Made by a program: the position numbers and the translations under genes. The notes beneath the pieces were generated by a model, which worked only from the letters and a program-made list of their open reading frames with translations, was not told where the DNA came from and ran no database searches. 64,000 nt of DNA from Octopus vulgaris (lineage: Eukaryota): NCBI GenBank assembly GCA_951406725.2, contig OX597835.1, forward strand, positions 22,816,001 to 22,880,000, read 5' to 3'. Below, in pieces: positions 1 through 13,209 of the stretch (the first letter of the stretch is position 1; the number at the start of each line of letters is the position of its first letter).

Positions 1-62
1 ATTTTTATTTGCTTCTTTTTTTTTAACTCTGCAAACTGAACTATTATCGATATTGAATTTTG

Positions 63-484
63 GGCGATCTTTCGTCTCTAGTAGACCTTTCCGTCGATTT
101 CCGTAAAATTTTTTTTTTTTTTTACATATGGGCTTGCGGGAACTTTTGAAGTAATATACATATATATACACATACACCGAGTAAAAAATTTCAGTTATCT
201 CTTTCTTTCACACATTACTCTGTCTCTTCACACACACTAACAGAAGCACTTCACTTACACAACATACTGTCTGTCTCCCACACCCCCATCAAACACACAC
301 ACACACACGTACATCAATGCTTCACATGCACGGTAACTTCAAAAGAACTTCCCTCGTCATACAATCGCTTTCTCTTAGTCTCTTTCGCTCTCATTACTTC
401 AAAAGTTCCCGCAAGCCCATATGTAAAAAAAAAAAACTTTTTACGGAAATCGACGGAAAGGTCTACTAGAGACGAAAGATTGCC
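63..484. mobile_element. Non-autonomous element with ~93-bp terminal inverted repeats and a 17-bp flanking direct repeat
   Basis: 63-155 is the reverse complement of 393-484. ATCGATATTGAATTTTG occurs at 46-62 and 485-501. Confidence 0.85.
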
Positions 485-519
485 ATCGATATTGAATTTT
501 GTATTAATTAATCATCTTT

Positions 520-823
520 GATATTTTTTGGGTTAAAATTCCGGCGACGAAGATTAACTCTGGATTCCCCCTCACACCATTATAGTTCGTAAATTCAGAG
601 GGCTTAGATTTATTTCCTGTCATAGATGGGTGGATTCCTAAAGATTCCACTCGCGCATTCACAGCAAAGAAGGTTTACTTTAGATCGTGTAGGTGTATAT
701 TTACCCTTTCCAATGTTTACTCACGGCTGGTTATACTTTGCTTTGAATAGAGCAATGGACTCCAGGAATTTGAGAATTAGTGTCGACCAAACAGAAAATA
801 TCGTCTACAAAGAAGTTTTGTAA
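520..823 (+). mobile_element. Helitron RepHel (PIF1-like helicase) C-terminal remnant
   Basis: TLDRVGVYLPFPMFTHGWLYFALNR...TENIVYKEVL* resembles the Helitron terminus TL..VG.YL..PVFSHGQLYVALSR...T.N.VY.EVL. Upstream part is degenerate. Confidence 0.8.
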
Positions 824-972
824 TCATATTGATATTATCGAAAGGAATATGATTCATAATTTAAATGAGGACATTTGTGAACTTTGAATGTATAAGAGTA
901 TAAACAAGCGTAATATAGTGTAAACAACTAAAATAAAAGTATATCTAAATAACATAGTCAAGATTATTTGCC

Positions 973-1086
973 AACATATTGTGGCAGTCCTGGTTAAGAC
1001 AAATGTTGCTATTATTTAGCCCCAGGAAACTTCGTCTCCATAAATAACAGTAACAATTGTCCTAACCAGGACTGCCACATTATGTT
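973..1086. repeat. Inverted repeat with 46-bp arms and a 22-nt spacer (MITE-like hairpin)
   Basis: 973-1018 versus the reverse complement of 1041-1086, 5 mismatches. Confidence 0.8.
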
Positions 1087-3087
1087 ACTCTTTTACTTGT
1101 TTCAGTCATTAGACTGTGACCATGCTGGAGCACCGCCTTTAGTCGAGCAAATCGACCCCAGGACTTATTCTTTGTAAGCCTAGTACATATTCTATCGGTC
1201 TCTTTTTACCGAACCGCCAAGTTACGGGGCCATAAACACACCAACATCGGTTGTCAAGCGATGTTGGGGGGGGGGACAAACACAGACACACAAACATACA
1301 CACACACACATATATATAATATATATATATATATATACATATATACGACGGGCCTCTTTCAGTTTCCGTCTACCAAATCCGCTCACAAGGTTTTGGTCAG
1401 CCCGAGGCTTATAGCAGAAGACACTTGCTCAAGGTGCCACGCAGTAGGACTGAACACCCGGAACCACACACCTACTTTCCACACAGCCACACCTATGCCT
1501 ATGCACACAGCCACTCCTAGGCAAATAATATTTACTCAAGAGTACTGTTGCTGAATGCCTCTCGGTGAGAGACTCAGAAATAATAATTTATCTAAATAAC
1601 GTTTTTTTTTTCCTTAATACTTTTTATGCAGTGGTTGAAGGAAGCTCTAGCTTTCATTCGGAGTAGTCTATATAACCATTCATAATATACAGGTTGGGAG
1701 CCTATTTCAGTTTGGGAGGGAATCGTCATCAGATGTCACTTAATCGCAAACACATGTCATGTAGTTGCAATAGAATGCCGTATCACCAATAATAATGTGA
1801 TTTCTCTAAGACATCACCCAGTAATCTATGAAGTCCATTTACACATTTCTCAATACATACTACTGTTATGACTTCTCTCCCTCCCACATTTTATGCCTCT
1901 GTTGTAGATGAGTAGATTTGCTAATATATATCAGCATCATCGTTTAACGTCTGCTTTCCATGCTAGCATGGGTTGGACGATTTGACTGAGGACTGGTGAA
2001 CCTGATGGCTGCACCAGGCTCCACTCTTGATCTGGCAGAGTTTCTACAGCTGGATGCCCTCCCTAACGCCAACCACTCCGAGAGTGTAGTGGGTGCTTTT
2101 TACGTGCCACCGGCATGGAGGACAGTCAAGTGGTACTGACAACGATCTCGCTCGAATCTTTTTACACATGCAACTGGCACAGGTGCCAATAAGGTGACAC
2201 TGGTAATGATCACGCTCGAATGGTGCCCTTTTATGTGCCACCGGCATGGAAGCCAGTTAGCCACTCTGGCAATGATCACGCTCGGATGGTGCTCTTGGCA
2301 CCCTACTAGCACGGGCACAAGTGCCAGTAACTCCAAATTTAGGGGAATGGAATACAACCTTCTACATCAATAAACTACTATCATTCCTGAAAGTTGTTTT
2401 TTTTTATACCTTCTGCAGACTGCTTGAAGCTTACTAACTTCCTACGTCTTGATCCTTAGATCTTACATTTACATGTATATCTGTGCATCTCTGTGTGTAC
2501 ACCCTTGTCACGACATCACATTAATGATTGTAAATGATGTTCGTTTTCAGTCATCTGAGAAAAACATGCCTGGTCATAGGGAAATATTAGTAAAATAAAG
2601 ACCCCCTTTGGTCAAGAATGACCAAGGATTGCACATAGAAAGTTCCCCTGCAAAGCACAAGTCCAGGCAAGGACTTGTGAAATAAGTACCAGTTGCGCAC
2701 TGGGGTTAATGCAATCAGCTAGCTCCCTCTCCACAAAATTCAGGTTTGTGCCGATAGTTGAAAGAATTAACACTATGGAAGGCAGCAAGCTGGCAGAACC
2801 ATTGGCACATCGGACGAAGTGCTTAATGCTCTTCTGACTTTACGTTTTGAGTTCAAATGCCACCGAAGTCAGCTTTTGCTTTACATTTTTTGAAAGGTCA
2901 ATAAAATAAGTACCATGTGCCAAAATTTGAAACCATTATTGACCTTATGTAGTTGTTGTTTTGATTAAGCAGATGTGATCATAGACTTTCCAGTTGTGCC
3001 CACCTCTTCTTTTATTCAGTTATATAATTACATCTATAATTGCTTTTATCTAATGTGTCCTTACTTGCTAGGTGTGTGGTTTGAGGA

Positions 3088-3318
3088 AGGCGGCGAGCTG
3101 GCAGAAACATTAGCACGTCGGGCGAAATGCGTAGCCGTATTTCGTCTGCCGTTATGTTCTGAGTTCAAATTCCGCCGAGGTCGACTTTGCCTTTCATCCT
3201 TTCGGGGTCAATTAAATAAGTACTAGTTACGCACTGGGTCGATATAATCGACTTAATCCGTTTGTCTGTCCTTGTTTGTCCTCTCTGTGTTTAGCCCCTT
3301 GTGGGTAGTAAAGAAATA
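3088..3318 (+). mobile_element. tRNA-derived SINE ('family A', ~220 bp). About 20 copies or fragments, e.g. 4181-4609(-, two), 7943-8708(+, three), 18655-18890(-), 22475-22705(-), 22808-23030(+), 23350-23572(-), 52905-53136(-), 58885-59055(-), 63630-63823(-), 63855-64000(+)
   Basis: Head GGCGAGCTGGCAGAA..TTAG (A box), GAGTTCAAATTCC (B box), body GCCTTTCATCCTTTCGGGGTCGATAAA..AAGTACC and tail GCCCCTTGTGGG..ATAAAGAAAT. Confidence 0.88.
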
Positions 3319-4804
3319 GGTGTGTGGTTTGAGGAAGAGGGGTAAGTTGGCTGTGATTTTTAACCAATCGAATAACCACATTGTTGGTGGCTCAATGAGA
3401 TTGGCTGATGATGCTAATGATGATGATGATACTGGTACAGCTGATCTACAAATGATTGCAGACATTTATCAAAGGATTTCTCTCTCCCCACCCTTCTCTC
3501 TCTCTCTCTCTCATTGTTTTCTTTTCTTTCCTTTCTCTTTTCTTTCTTTTCTCTCACTCAGTGTTTGTACATCTTGGTGTGTGTCTGCATATTTCTACAT
3601 CCTATATTTATATAGTATGTATGTGTTTGTGTGTGTGTGTGTTCTCCCCCCTCTCTCTCTCTGTTGTTTTCTCTCTCTTCTTTTTCTTCTTTTTTTCTCT
3701 CCCCCCCCCCTCTGTGTTTGTATGTCTTGGCGTTCCTCTGCGTAGTTTCACATGTATGTGTGTGTGTAGTAAATGCATGCGTATGTGTCCATGAATGTGG
3801 TGAAAGCAATGTTTTTCAATGTGTTTGTGTGAAGAATATTGGTCCAAGTCAAAACTGGCAGCCATGGATCAATACTGGTTTCTTATTTGATAGAAGTCTG
3901 CTGTATTTTCAGTCTGTTAAACAGGAAACAACACTTCTCTGAAAAGAACACAAATTCTAATTATTATTACTTTAATATTTCATTTTCCAGCCATCTTCCA
4001 TCAACTCTCATCACCCCCCCTCTCCCTTCCTTCCCTTCCTTCATTCTCCACCCTATTCCTCTCCTCTCCCCATCTCTCTCCTCTCCACCTCTCTCGCTTT
4101 CTCTCTCCTCTCACACATGCATACATACACCTACATACACACTACCTCAGCTGCTTTGTAGAAACTGTTCTATGAATGAATTCTTTTCTACTCTAGGCAC
4201 AAGGCCTGAAATTTTTAGGAGGGGGGCCAGTCAATTAGATCGACCCCAGGATGCAACTGGTACTTAATTTATCGACCTTGAAAGGATGAAAGGCAGAGTT
4301 AACCTCAGCAGAATTTGTACTCAGAACGTAAAGACAGACAAAGTACTGTTAAGCATTTCGCCCGGCATGCTAACATTTCTTATTTCTTTATTGCTCACAA
4401 GGGGCTAAACATAGAGGGGATAAATAAGGACAGACAAAGGGATTAAGTTGATTACATCGACCCCCGTGCGTAACTGTACTTAATTTATCGACCCTGAAAA
4501 GATGAAAGGCAAAGTCGACCTCGGCGGAATTTGAACTCAGAACGCGATGGCAGACGAAATACCGCCAAGCATTTCGCCAGTGTGATAATGCTTCTGCCAG
4601 CTCGCCACCTTTGTTCTATGAATGAATTGCTTCTATGTACATACTGCCCTCAACACGCTGCTTTTAGTATACATGATGCTCAGCATACTACCTTCTACAC
4701 ACTGCTTCTTTCCACATATGGCACTCTGCACACGGCTACTTTATACACACAGCTGTCTCTACACAGCTTTCTACACATTGCTCTCTACACAGTGTTGCTT
4801 TATA

Positions 4805-5022
4805 TACAAGGGGGTGCTAAAAAGTTCCTGGTTTTGGGCAAAAGAAAATGCACGAGGATCAGTGAATTATGGTTTTATTCAACATTTTCCCTCTCTCAGA
4901 TTCACAGACTTTTTGCAGCAGTCCTTCAGTTTTTCTAAGACTTATAAAAGAACTGAAAAGTTTGGGCCTCCAAACAGGTGTTTCACGATACCATTAAAGC
5001 CAGATTTTCAGCACCCCTCATA
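4805..5022. mobile_element. Mariner-type MITE (TA termini); second copy at 5759-5979
   Basis: Imperfect TIRs CAAGGGGGTGCT.AAAAGTTCCTGG / CCAG..TTTTCAGCACCCCTCA. Two homologous ~220-bp copies flank a TCTA array. Confidence 0.8.
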
Positions 5023-5038
5023 TCTATCTATCTATCTG

Positions 5039-5109
<71 letters not shown>

Positions 5110-5464
5110 CTGTGTCTGTCTATCTATCTATCTCTGTGTCTGTTTATCTATCTATCTATCTATCTATCTTTTTTTTTTCCTCTTTTTTCTTCTTTTTTCA
5201 TTTTTCTTTTCTCTTGTTCCTTTTCCTTTTTTTCTTTTTTTTTGTTCTTTTTTCCCTTTTACAATCCCTTTTGATCGAAAACCTATGCCACCTTTTTTTT
5301 TTGTTTCTTTTGTTTTTTTCATCCCCGAAAAGAAAAGCTCTACCTTGTAACTTGTCCCATCTGTGTGCAGCCCTGTGTGGCCAATAAAGAAACTTATCTA
5401 TCTCTGTGTCTGTCTATCTATCTATCTATCTCTGTGTCTATCTGTCTATCTATCTATCTGTCTG

Positions 5465-5503
<39 letters not shown>

Positions 5504-5524
5504 GTCTGTCTGTCTATCTACCTG

Positions 5525-5575
<51 letters not shown>

Positions 5576-5600
5576 CTGTGTCTGTCTGTCTATCTATCTA

Positions 5601-5655
<55 letters not shown>

Positions 5656-5658
5656 CTG

Positions 5659-5723
<65 letters not shown>

Positions 5724-5758
5724 CTGTGTCTGTCTGTCTATCTATCTATCTATCCATA
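5021..5758. repeat. (TCTA/TCTG)n microsatellite split by a ~225-bp insert at 5170-5395
   Basis: Seen directly. Confidence 0.95.
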
Positions 5759-6074
5759 TACAAAGGGATGCTGAAAAGTTCCTAAATTTGGGTAAAAAAA
5801 AATACAGGAGGATCAGTTAATTATGATTTTATCCAACATATTCCCCTCTCAGGTTCACACACTTATTGCAGCGGTCCTTCAGTTTTTCTAAGCTCTGTAG
5901 AAGAACTTGGAAAGTTGGGCCTCCAATCAGGCCTTTTGCGACACCCTTAAAGCCAGGAACTTTTCAACACCCCCTCATACCTCCCTTTCTACACATGGTT
6001 CTCTAGACACTACTGCTTTATATATACGTTACCCTCTACCTACTACATTATACACATCACTCTCTACATCCTGC

Positions 6075-6519
6075 AACTACCATGGCCACCACTACTTCTT
6101 CTACAATCACCACCATTACTACTACTACCACCACCATCACAATACTGCTACTGCCACCACCACTGCTACTGCAACCACTACCACTGCTACCATCACCACT
6201 ACTATTACTACCATTATTACTGCTACTATCACTACCACTACCATCACTGCTACTTCTCCTGCTACCACTACCCCTTACTACTTCTACCGCCACTAGTACT
6301 GCCAGTGCCACCACTACTTCTACTACCACCACCACCACAACTGCTTCAGCCACCATTACTATTACTACCACAATCACCATCACTACTTCTACCACCACTA
6401 CAACCAACATCACCACTGTTACCACTGCCACCACCACCACCACCACCATAATAACTGCTACTACTACTACTGCTGCTGCTCCACCACTACCACCACCACC
6501 ACAACCATCACTACTATTA

Positions 6520-6553
<34 letters not shown>

Positions 6554-6572
6554 ACTACTACTACTACTACTT
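6075..6572. repeat. (ACC/ACT)n compound trinucleotide microsatellite
   Basis: Seen directly. Confidence 0.95.
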
Positions 6573-7096
6573 CAGCATTGTATTCTAAGAATTCTCTCAG
6601 TTCATCCATCCCATTTCTTCAATTTTCCTCATAATGATGTTGTTGTTGTTGTTGTCGTTTACATAATCTCATATCTTGTATCAAGCTGAGTCTTTCTTCA
6701 CCTTTTTGTTTTTGTTTTTGTTTTGTTTTGTTCCTATTATTTCCTTGGTAGAATGAAGGAAAGAAAGAGGAAATGAAGACAGTTATTTTCCTATCAACAC
6801 TAATGGAAAACTGCCTACACGCCTATCCTTATCCTTCCCTCCCACACACACACAAACTATTTTATGTGTTTGTCCTCTGGCGTATTTCACCTGCTCTGCC
6901 CTTGGCAGATTGGTAGAATACTTAAGAGAGCGCTGAATAAAAAATGCCTTGCAGTGTTTTGAGTTCAAATTCCACCAAGGTCAACTCTGCCGCTTTATCC
7001 TTTTGCGATTGATAAAATAATTTACCAGCACTGGAGTCAATTTGAGTCAACCTTCTCTTCTCTGCAAATTTCTGACCATGTGCCAAAATTTGAAGC

Positions 7097-7297
<201 letters not shown>

Positions 7298-7573
7298 CCT
7301 CCAATCCGCCACATTTTTTTTTCTTTTTACCTTTGTATGCTATGCATATGTCCCCTTTTCAGTGTATACCATGTATACTTTTTTCTTTCTTTCATTTTTT
7401 CCCCATTCCATTGTATGTAAACCCCCACACTTTATGTCTGTCTTTGTATTGTCCCCCCTCATCCTTTCCCCTTGTGACAAATAAATAATATCATCATCGT
7501 TATTATTATTATTATTATTATTAATAATAATAATAATAAAAGAATTAATTATTATTATTTATTATTATTATTG

Positions 7574-7875
7574 AGTGAGAGAGCAGTTCATGCCATCAAA
7601 GTGACACTGGGGTAAAATATACGAAGCCCAATATACCCATCATGACTACCCGTCTGATAAGGGCACACCAGGCACATGCATCACAACCATATGTGCACGA
7701 CATGGTGATCTCATATCAAGATAAACAGCGCATGACCTTACAGGTGGGGCCCAGTTAAAATTTTCTTCAGGTTGAGTAGCCCATCCCGCTCAAACGGTCC
7801 CTGAATAAGGGTTGTTTAAGGATGTTGAAAAAACTACCCATGTCTCCAGAGGTGAATTATTCAAACCCCAAAGAA
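7574..7875 (-). mobile_element. ~300-bp insert within (ATT)n, probably the 3' UTR of a TAA-targeting retrotransposon
   Basis: Unique sequence flanked by ATT repeats on both sides. The geometry matches the Dong-type fragment at 31910. Confidence 0.45.
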
Positions 7876-7908
7876 TTATTATTATTATTATTGTTATTAT
7901 TATTATTA

Positions 7909-7939
<31 letters not shown>

Positions 7940-8430
7940 GTAAGGTGGCAAGGTGGCAGAATTATTAGCACACTGGACAAAATGCTTAGCAGTATTTCAT
8001 CTGCCACTATGTTCTGAGTTCAAATTCCGCTGAGGTCGCTTTTGCCTTTCATCCTTTCGGGGTCGATAAATTAAGTACCAGTTGCATTCTGGGGTCGATG
8101 TAATTGACCGCCCCCCCCCTCCCCCAAAATTTCATGTCTGGTGCCTATAATAGAAAGGATTATTATTATTATTATCATTATTATTATTATCATTATTATT
8201 ATTATTATTATCATTAAAGGGGGTGAGCTGGCAGAATTGTTAGCATACCGGGCAAAATGCCTAGTGGCATTTCATCTGCTGCTACTTTCTGAGTTCAAAT
8301 TCCGCCAGGGTCAACTTTGCCTTTCAAACTTTCAAGGTTGATTAAATATGTACCAGTTACAAACAGGGGTCGATGTAATCAACTTAATCCCATCCCCCAA
8401 ATTTGAGGCCTTGTGCTTCCAGTAGAAAGG

Positions 8431-8489
<59 letters not shown>

Positions 8490-11400
8490 GTAAGGTGGCG
8501 AGCTGGCAGAATCATTAGCACTCTGGACAAAATGCTTAGCGGCATTTCGTCTGTGTTTACATTCCGAGTTCAAATTCTGCCGAGGTCAACTTTGCCTTTC
8601 ATCCTTTCAGGGGTCGATAAATTAAGTACCAGTTATGGACTGGAGTTGATGTAATTGACTAGTCCCCTCCCTGCAAATTTCAGGCCTTGTGCCTTTAGTA
8701 GAAAGGATCATTATTATTATTATTATAGCGCCGCCCCAAATGGCCTCCGTGCAGGTGGCACGTAAAAAGCACCATCCGATTGTGGCCGTTGCACGTAAAA
8801 AGCACCCACTACACCCACGGAGTGGTTGGCGTTAGGAAGGACATCCAGCCGTAGAAACATTGCCAGATCAGACTGGGCCTGGCACAGCCTTCTGGCTTCC
8901 CAGACCCCAGTTGAACCGTCCAACCCATGCTAGCATGGAAAACGGACGTTAAACAATGATGATTATTATTATTATTATTGAAGGTGGTAGATTAGCAGAA
9001 TTATTTGCATGCTTGAAATAATGCTTAGCAGCATTTCTTCTTGCTTTTATGTTCTGAGTTCAATTTTCACTGAGATCTAGTTTGCCTTTCATCCACCCTT
9101 TTGGAGTTATTAAAAGTAAATACCAACTGATATAATTAATTGACTTGCTGCCTCCCCTCAAACAAGCAGGCTGTTCTGTTGATCGAATCAGCTGGAACCC
9201 TTGCTGCTGTAACCAAAAGTGTGCTAGTATACGCTATGTGTATTGGGCATGTCCCCCTTTGTCATTCCGTATGACCTTTTCTGGTGTATGCCTCTATCAT
9301 CTCCTTCCTGCTGGTATTTCACGATGCTAGATTGATGACCAGTGTATGGAAGTCTCAACTTTGTCATATCTGTAGATATATTCTTTTGTGGATAAAACAG
9401 GGCAGCTAGAAACTTTGTATTTAATTAAAGAAGAGCATTCATCATCATCATCGTTTAGCGTCCGCTTTCCATGCTAGCATGGGTTGGACAGTTCAACTGG
9501 GGTCTGGGAAGCCAGAAGGCTGCACCAGGCCCAGTCTGATCTGGCAATGTTTCTATGGCTGGATGCCCTTCCTAACGCCAACCACTCCATGAGTGTAGTG
9601 GGTGCTTTTTATGTGCCCCCGGCACAGGTGCCAGACGAGGCTGGCAAACAGCCACGATCGGATGCTGCTTTTTATGTGCCACCGGCACGGGGGCCAGGTG
9701 AGGCTGGCAACGGCCACAAACGGATGGTGCTTTTTACGTGCCACCAGCATGAGGCCAGTCGGAGCGGAGCTTGCAATAAGTAAGTAATAAGTAAGTACTG
9801 TGTCAAGCCCTAGAACTCCAAGGGGCTGGTTAACCCATTTCCATGGTGCATGAGTAGCTGAGATCCCAACATTTCCCTTGAACAGGGCACCAGTTCATTC
9901 ATTTATAGCTGAATGGACAGGAGCAACGTGAAATGAAGGGTTTTGCTCAAGAATGTAATGTACCACCCAGTCTGGGATTTGAAATCTTAATCTTGCAATT
10001 GTGAGTGTAATACCCCTAACCACTGGGCCATGTGCCTCCATGACATCCAAAATTAGAGGAAATTTAATGGACAGATAGAACACTTTTTCAATACCTTCAA
10101 AAGAGCCCTGAGAAAATCAAATAAGAAAGTCACGGATGAGGTAGCTCCGCATCAATTTTTAAGAGTGCACTGTGTGACCCCAAATCTGAATACACCATCA
10201 GTGGAGCTGATGTTTGCAAGGAAAGTAAAATCAGTCTTTGATAAATTGCTACCTGGCAAGAAAAGAAAAAAGTGCCAGGGAAGACATAGCAAGATTCTTT
10301 AAAGTTGGTGAAAAGGTGTATATGAGGGCATACAAGAATGGAAAGCAAAGTTGGGAAGATGGCATAATTACCAAATGCATAGGTAAAAATGATATATTGG
10401 GTTAAAAGTAGGAAAAGCATACAAAAGAGACACAGGAAGCAACTGAAAAAGAGCTTCATGGAAAGTGAACCAAAGAAGATGGCAGAACCGATGGAATGGT
10501 ATGGTATGATATATATAATATATATATATCACTGTGGGTGATTGAACCCAGGCAGACAAGAGGGAAAGAGAACATACAGAGTTCCTGAAAATAGATGCCA
10601 AGTGCAATAAATATTAAATTCTTTTATTCGTTTCAGTCATATGACTGCAGCCATGCTGGAGCACTGCCTTTAGTTGAACAAATTGACCCCAGGACTTATT
10701 CTTTGTAAGTCTAGTACTTATTCTATTGGTCTCTTTTGCTGAACCACTAAGTTACAGGGACATAAGCAAACCATCATCAGTTGTCAAGTGATGTTGGGGA
10801 GACAAACACAGACACAAACATTTACATATACATATATATATATATATACACACACGATGGGCTTCTTTTAGTTTCCATCTACCAAATCCACTCACAAGGC
10901 TTTGGTTGGTCCGAGGCTATAGTAGAAGACACTTACTCAAGGTGCAACACAGTGGGACTGAACCCAGAATGATGGGGTTGGTAAGTAAGGTACTTACCAC
11001 ACAGCCACTCCTGTGCCTATATTGTACAGAAAAAAAAAATTAAAAAAGGGAGGTGGGGGTGAATAAAAAACAAATCATTGTGAAATAAAATGACACTTCC
11101 TAAAAAAAAATTAAAAGGGTAGATGTTGTAGGGATTTAGTAATAATGGTACACCCCTCCTACATGACAAATGGAATAACCTAGTCACCATAAGTAAAGAG
11201 AAGTACGAGAGTATGTAGTAGGTGGTCAGAGATAGTCGAATCTTACTGGTTTTACTAAGTATACTGTTTACCGAAGTAGGCGTTATAATAATCCAACATT
11301 TTAAGGATATAACAACTATCCCTTATGCATTAGCAAAATGCAGCCGTTGCAGTTATAGATGCAGTTAATCAACACCGGATAATAAAACAATAATAAAACA

Positions 11401-11963
11401 GATAATAAAACAAGAAAAGTGGTTATCTTCTGTGTCAGCAAAAAATAATTGTCTTATTTACTTCATAACAGTTTAGAAACTTCAAGAGAATGCAAAAGAA
11501 TCGGTTTTTATTGTTTGAACTCAAAATAGATAAAGCTATAACTAATGACTTATAAATATTGAGCTAAAAAAACCTTTGAATGGGAAAAAAATCAAAGGCT
11601 GTTATTTACATTTTTATCTATTCTTAAGTTCAACTATTAAAAATGAATTGTTTTATCATTTTGGAAAAAGAGAAATGTCATAGATGGAGGAGTAGAATGG
11701 GAGGAAGTGCTGTTTGATTGAAGTTAGTAGTAGCAAGTGTTGGTTGAATTGGTGCATGAGAAAGGTGAGGCAGTTTCGGATAGACACAAGCAAGCATGCT
11801 GAGATCAATGAAAAGCTGGTTGAATTAGTGCTTCCACAAACAGGGTGTGGTGGTGGAGGAAAGGACAAATAGGTGCTGATGTGGTTTGAGAAAAATATAA
11901 ATAATACACACACACACATCATCATCGTTTAGCGTCCGCTTTCCATGCTAGCATGGGTTGGAC

Positions 11964-11994
<31 letters not shown>

Positions 11995-13140
11995 AGCACC
12001 ATCCGTTCGTGTCCATTGCCAGCCTCGCCTGGCCCCCGTGCCGGTGGCACGTAAAAGCACCATCCGTTTGTGGCCGTTTGCCAGCTCCGTCTAGCACCTG
12101 TGTGGGTGGCATGTAAAAAGCACCCACTACACTCACGGAGTGGTTGGCGTTAGGAAGGGCATCCAGCCGTAGAAACAATGCCAGATCAGACTGGGCCTGA
12201 TGCAGCCTTCCGGCTTCACAGACCCCAGTTGAACCGTCCAACCCATGCTAGCATGGAAAACGGACGCTAAATGATGATGATGATGATAATATATAGTCGC
12301 CATGATAGATTGTTAGCCACTACACACATTTTTTGATCTCCCTTTTTTTCTCTCCCTGTTTCTCTTCTTGTTTTTTCTGTGTCCCTTTCTGTAGAAGAGC
12401 GTAGGCTCGAAATGTAAAAGACTTTTTCTATTCCTGAGCGTTATACTAATACATCTGTTTGTTTTGTACACCACCTCTCTTTGTCTTTTGTTTTTTCGTA
12501 AACTCTCCCTATATATATTTATATATGTGTGTGTGTGTGTGTGTGTGTATATGTTTGTATGTCTGTTTGTCCCCCCAACATCACTTGACAACCGATGGTG
12601 GTGTGTTTATGTCCCCGTAAACTTAGCGGTTCGGCAAAAGAGACCAATAGAATAAGTACTAGGCTTCCAAAGAATTAGTCCTGGGATCGATTTCCTCAAC
12701 TAAAAGGCGGTGCTCCAGCATGACCGCAGTCAAATGACTGAAACAAGTAAAAGAGTACATATATAAACACACACACACACACACTCTCTTTTACTTCTTT
12801 CAGTCATTTGACTGTGGCCATGCGAGAACACCGCCTTTAGTTGAACAAATCGCCGACCTCAGGACTTACTCTTTGCAAGCCTAGCACTTATATTGGTCGC
12901 TTTTGCTGAACTGCTAAGTTACGATAACCAATAATATGTTGTGCATGTATAGTAATATTTATTTCTTTATTGCCCACAAGGGGCTAAACATAGAGGGGAC
13001 AAACAAGGACAGACAAAGGGATTAAGTTGATTACATCGACCCCAGTTCATAACTGGTACTTATTTAATCAACCCCAAAAGGATGAAAGAAATTTAAAGCA
13101 CCTACATGATAACTTGTAAACCTACTTTTGGGCCACCCTG

Positions 13141-13209
<69 letters not shown>

